Of a DNA stretch of 64,000 nt, positions 62,551-64,000 are shown piece by piece. Position numbers and translations under genes: made by a program. This stretch comes from Podarcis gaigeae (lineage: Eukaryota). The notes beneath the pieces are model-generated. The model was not told the DNA's origin, ran no database searches, and saw only the letters and a program-made list of their open reading frames with translations. Positions within the stretch are counted from its first letter, which is position 1. Every line of letters begins with the position of its first letter. The DNA lies in the NCBI GenBank assembly GCA_964106915.2, contig OZ066918.1, one strand, 5' to 3'.

Positions 62551-62670
62551 CTGCAGAAACAGGAGCATCATCCAGGTCCTCTGAGTCCTGCCTTCGTCCC
62601 AGACCTGCTGAGCAACTGTGTTGACGTCGGCTGCCAGAATAGGATCCTTGCTGGTGGCTGAAGAGGCCCA
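62551..62670 (-). CDS. VWA5B2: VWA5B2 exon (VGLFSHQQGSYSGSRRQHSCSAGLGRRQDSEDLDDAPVSA-G)
   Basis: ttccAG acceptor and GTACTA donor, phases 1/1 consistent. Confidence 0.8.
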
Positions 62671-63343
62671 CTGGAAAAAAGCATATTTCATCAGCGTGTT
62701 TAGAGATAGTTGCAGGGCCAGCATTGTGCATATTCAGTTGCAGAACAATCTCATTTTCTCTGCATGGATTTTATTGAGCTAATAATAAATACAGCCTACA
62801 TTCTGCAGACAGGTATATTCCTGGCTGCCACCGGAAAATATCCCCTCACTCAGCAGCTAGTTCAAGTTGATGCAGTCATCTGCAGCAGGAAAACATGCCA
62901 CCCTAGATACCTGATGAAACCTGGAATGTACCAAAATTGTATAGTGGAAATGTCTGTAAATATTTGGGTTGCTCTCAACAGTTTGGTGAAAGCAGCCAGT
63001 TTTGTTCTGCAGTCCTGCAGTGGAATCTAAATTGCTGCTCACTATCGTTCCTTCTCAATCCTGATATGTTTAAACAGGCAGGTTAGACGCTGTAAGCAGC
63101 TGGACTCCTGTCTCTTCCAAGGGAAAACAAATGAAGACAGGCTGCTCCAGATTTTGTGCACTTCAGGAAGGAACAGTGGAAGAACATGATTGTGTGCAAT
63201 CTGTTGGACAACTGATTTTTTAAAAAAAGTTTCTAGCTCTCATGATAGAATTGTTTCTCAAAACTAGATCCCTGGTGAATCCTGGGGATTCAAATTCTGA
63301 TCTAAGAAGCAGAGCTTTGCACGTGCACTCCAAGCAGCCCTAC

Positions 63344-63481
63344 CTGTGCTTCGAACCTCAAGGGCAGAGGGCAAGATCTCCTGGGTGGACGCATCAACAG
63401 GCACCACAGAGGTATATATTGAAGGTGTGTTGCAAGCTTTGCTGGACTGGACAGCTTTAATGCGGAATCTTCGTGAGAAAC
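63344..63481 (-). CDS. VWA5B2: VWA5B2 exon (GFSRRFRIKAVQSSKACNTPSIYTSVVPVDASTQEILPSALEVRST)
   Basis: Not in the ORF track (no start codon). SKACN..S.YT..VPVD motif of VWA5B proteins, AG / GTAGGG boundaries. Confidence 0.9.
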
Positions 63482-63719
63482 CTTTGGAGGGGCAGAATCA
63501 CAGTGCTGGTTACAGTTAAGAGGGAAGGTGGATTTGAGATACAGGATAGGCAATGTTATGTATGCTTGTCTTTAAGCAAGTCCATATTCTTTGCGGCTTC
63601 AGAAATGAGCTTTGCAACAAGACCCAAGCCCACATTAAATAATCCGATTAATACTCATCATCTGTTTAAGTAGTCAAATTTGAGGCAGAATGGGCAAGTG
63701 AAGGGAAGGGCAGGCTTAC

Positions 63720-64000
63720 CGTGTTCAATCTCAGCTTCCCTTTGAGACACATTCTCATTATCCCGGATGACGGAGCCAGCAGTCAAGTGGTGAAGCAGTT
63801 TGTCCCAGCCCTTACTCTGCTGCTGCCACTGAGAAGGTTCCTCCTTGGCCTGGCTGTCTTTGGCAAGAAGCAGGGAATCCAGGGCAGCTGTCACTTCCCA
63901 AGAGACCGGTTTCCCTGCACTGAGTCCATGGATCACAACTTGGCACCGGAGAGGCGGCCAGGCGCTGCTGTCACACTCTCCTCGCTCAGTTGCTGGTGAT
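63720..64000 (-). CDS. VWA5B2: VWA5B2 exon, 5' end outside window (...CQVVIHGLSAGKPVSWEVTA...WDKLLHHLTAGSVIRDNE...EIEH-G)
   Basis: Open frame to the window edge, LHHL.A.SVIRD.E motif, GTAAGC donor at 63714-63719. Confidence 0.9.

Overview
Vertebrate genomic DNA from a squamate lizard, probably a lacertid (Sauria SINEs, BovB, CR1, L2, Penelope-like elements). The window matches the conserved VWA5B2-ALG3-EEF1AKMT4-CAMK2N2-ECE2 block read in reverse. It holds: (1) a probable CAMK2N2 3'UTR at the start (identified by synteny only); (2) a repeat-rich 23-kb interval with a young 5'-truncated L1 and a Penelope-like element carrying a minimal hammerhead ribozyme motif; (3) the complete 3-exon EEF1AKMT4 gene (minus strand, 252 aa); (4) the complete 9-exon ALG3 gene (plus strand, 443 aa), whose intron 7 is a U12-type AT-AC intron; (5) the last six exons of VWA5B2 (minus strand). 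All exons were joined by hand and splice phases are consistent. Best leads: a recursive-splice-type AG|GTGAGC site at the start of EEF1AKMT4 exon 3 that could explain EEF1AKMT4-ECE2 read-through; the SINE-invaded AT-AC intron; the Penelope hammerhead and palindrome; one CR1-type tail joined to two different tRNA heads; a hAT MITE carrying an L1 ORF2 fragment; an RFX X-box cluster; and a speculative two-exon ORF nested in EEF1AKMT4 intron 2. No database searches were run, and repeat family names come from motif recognition.
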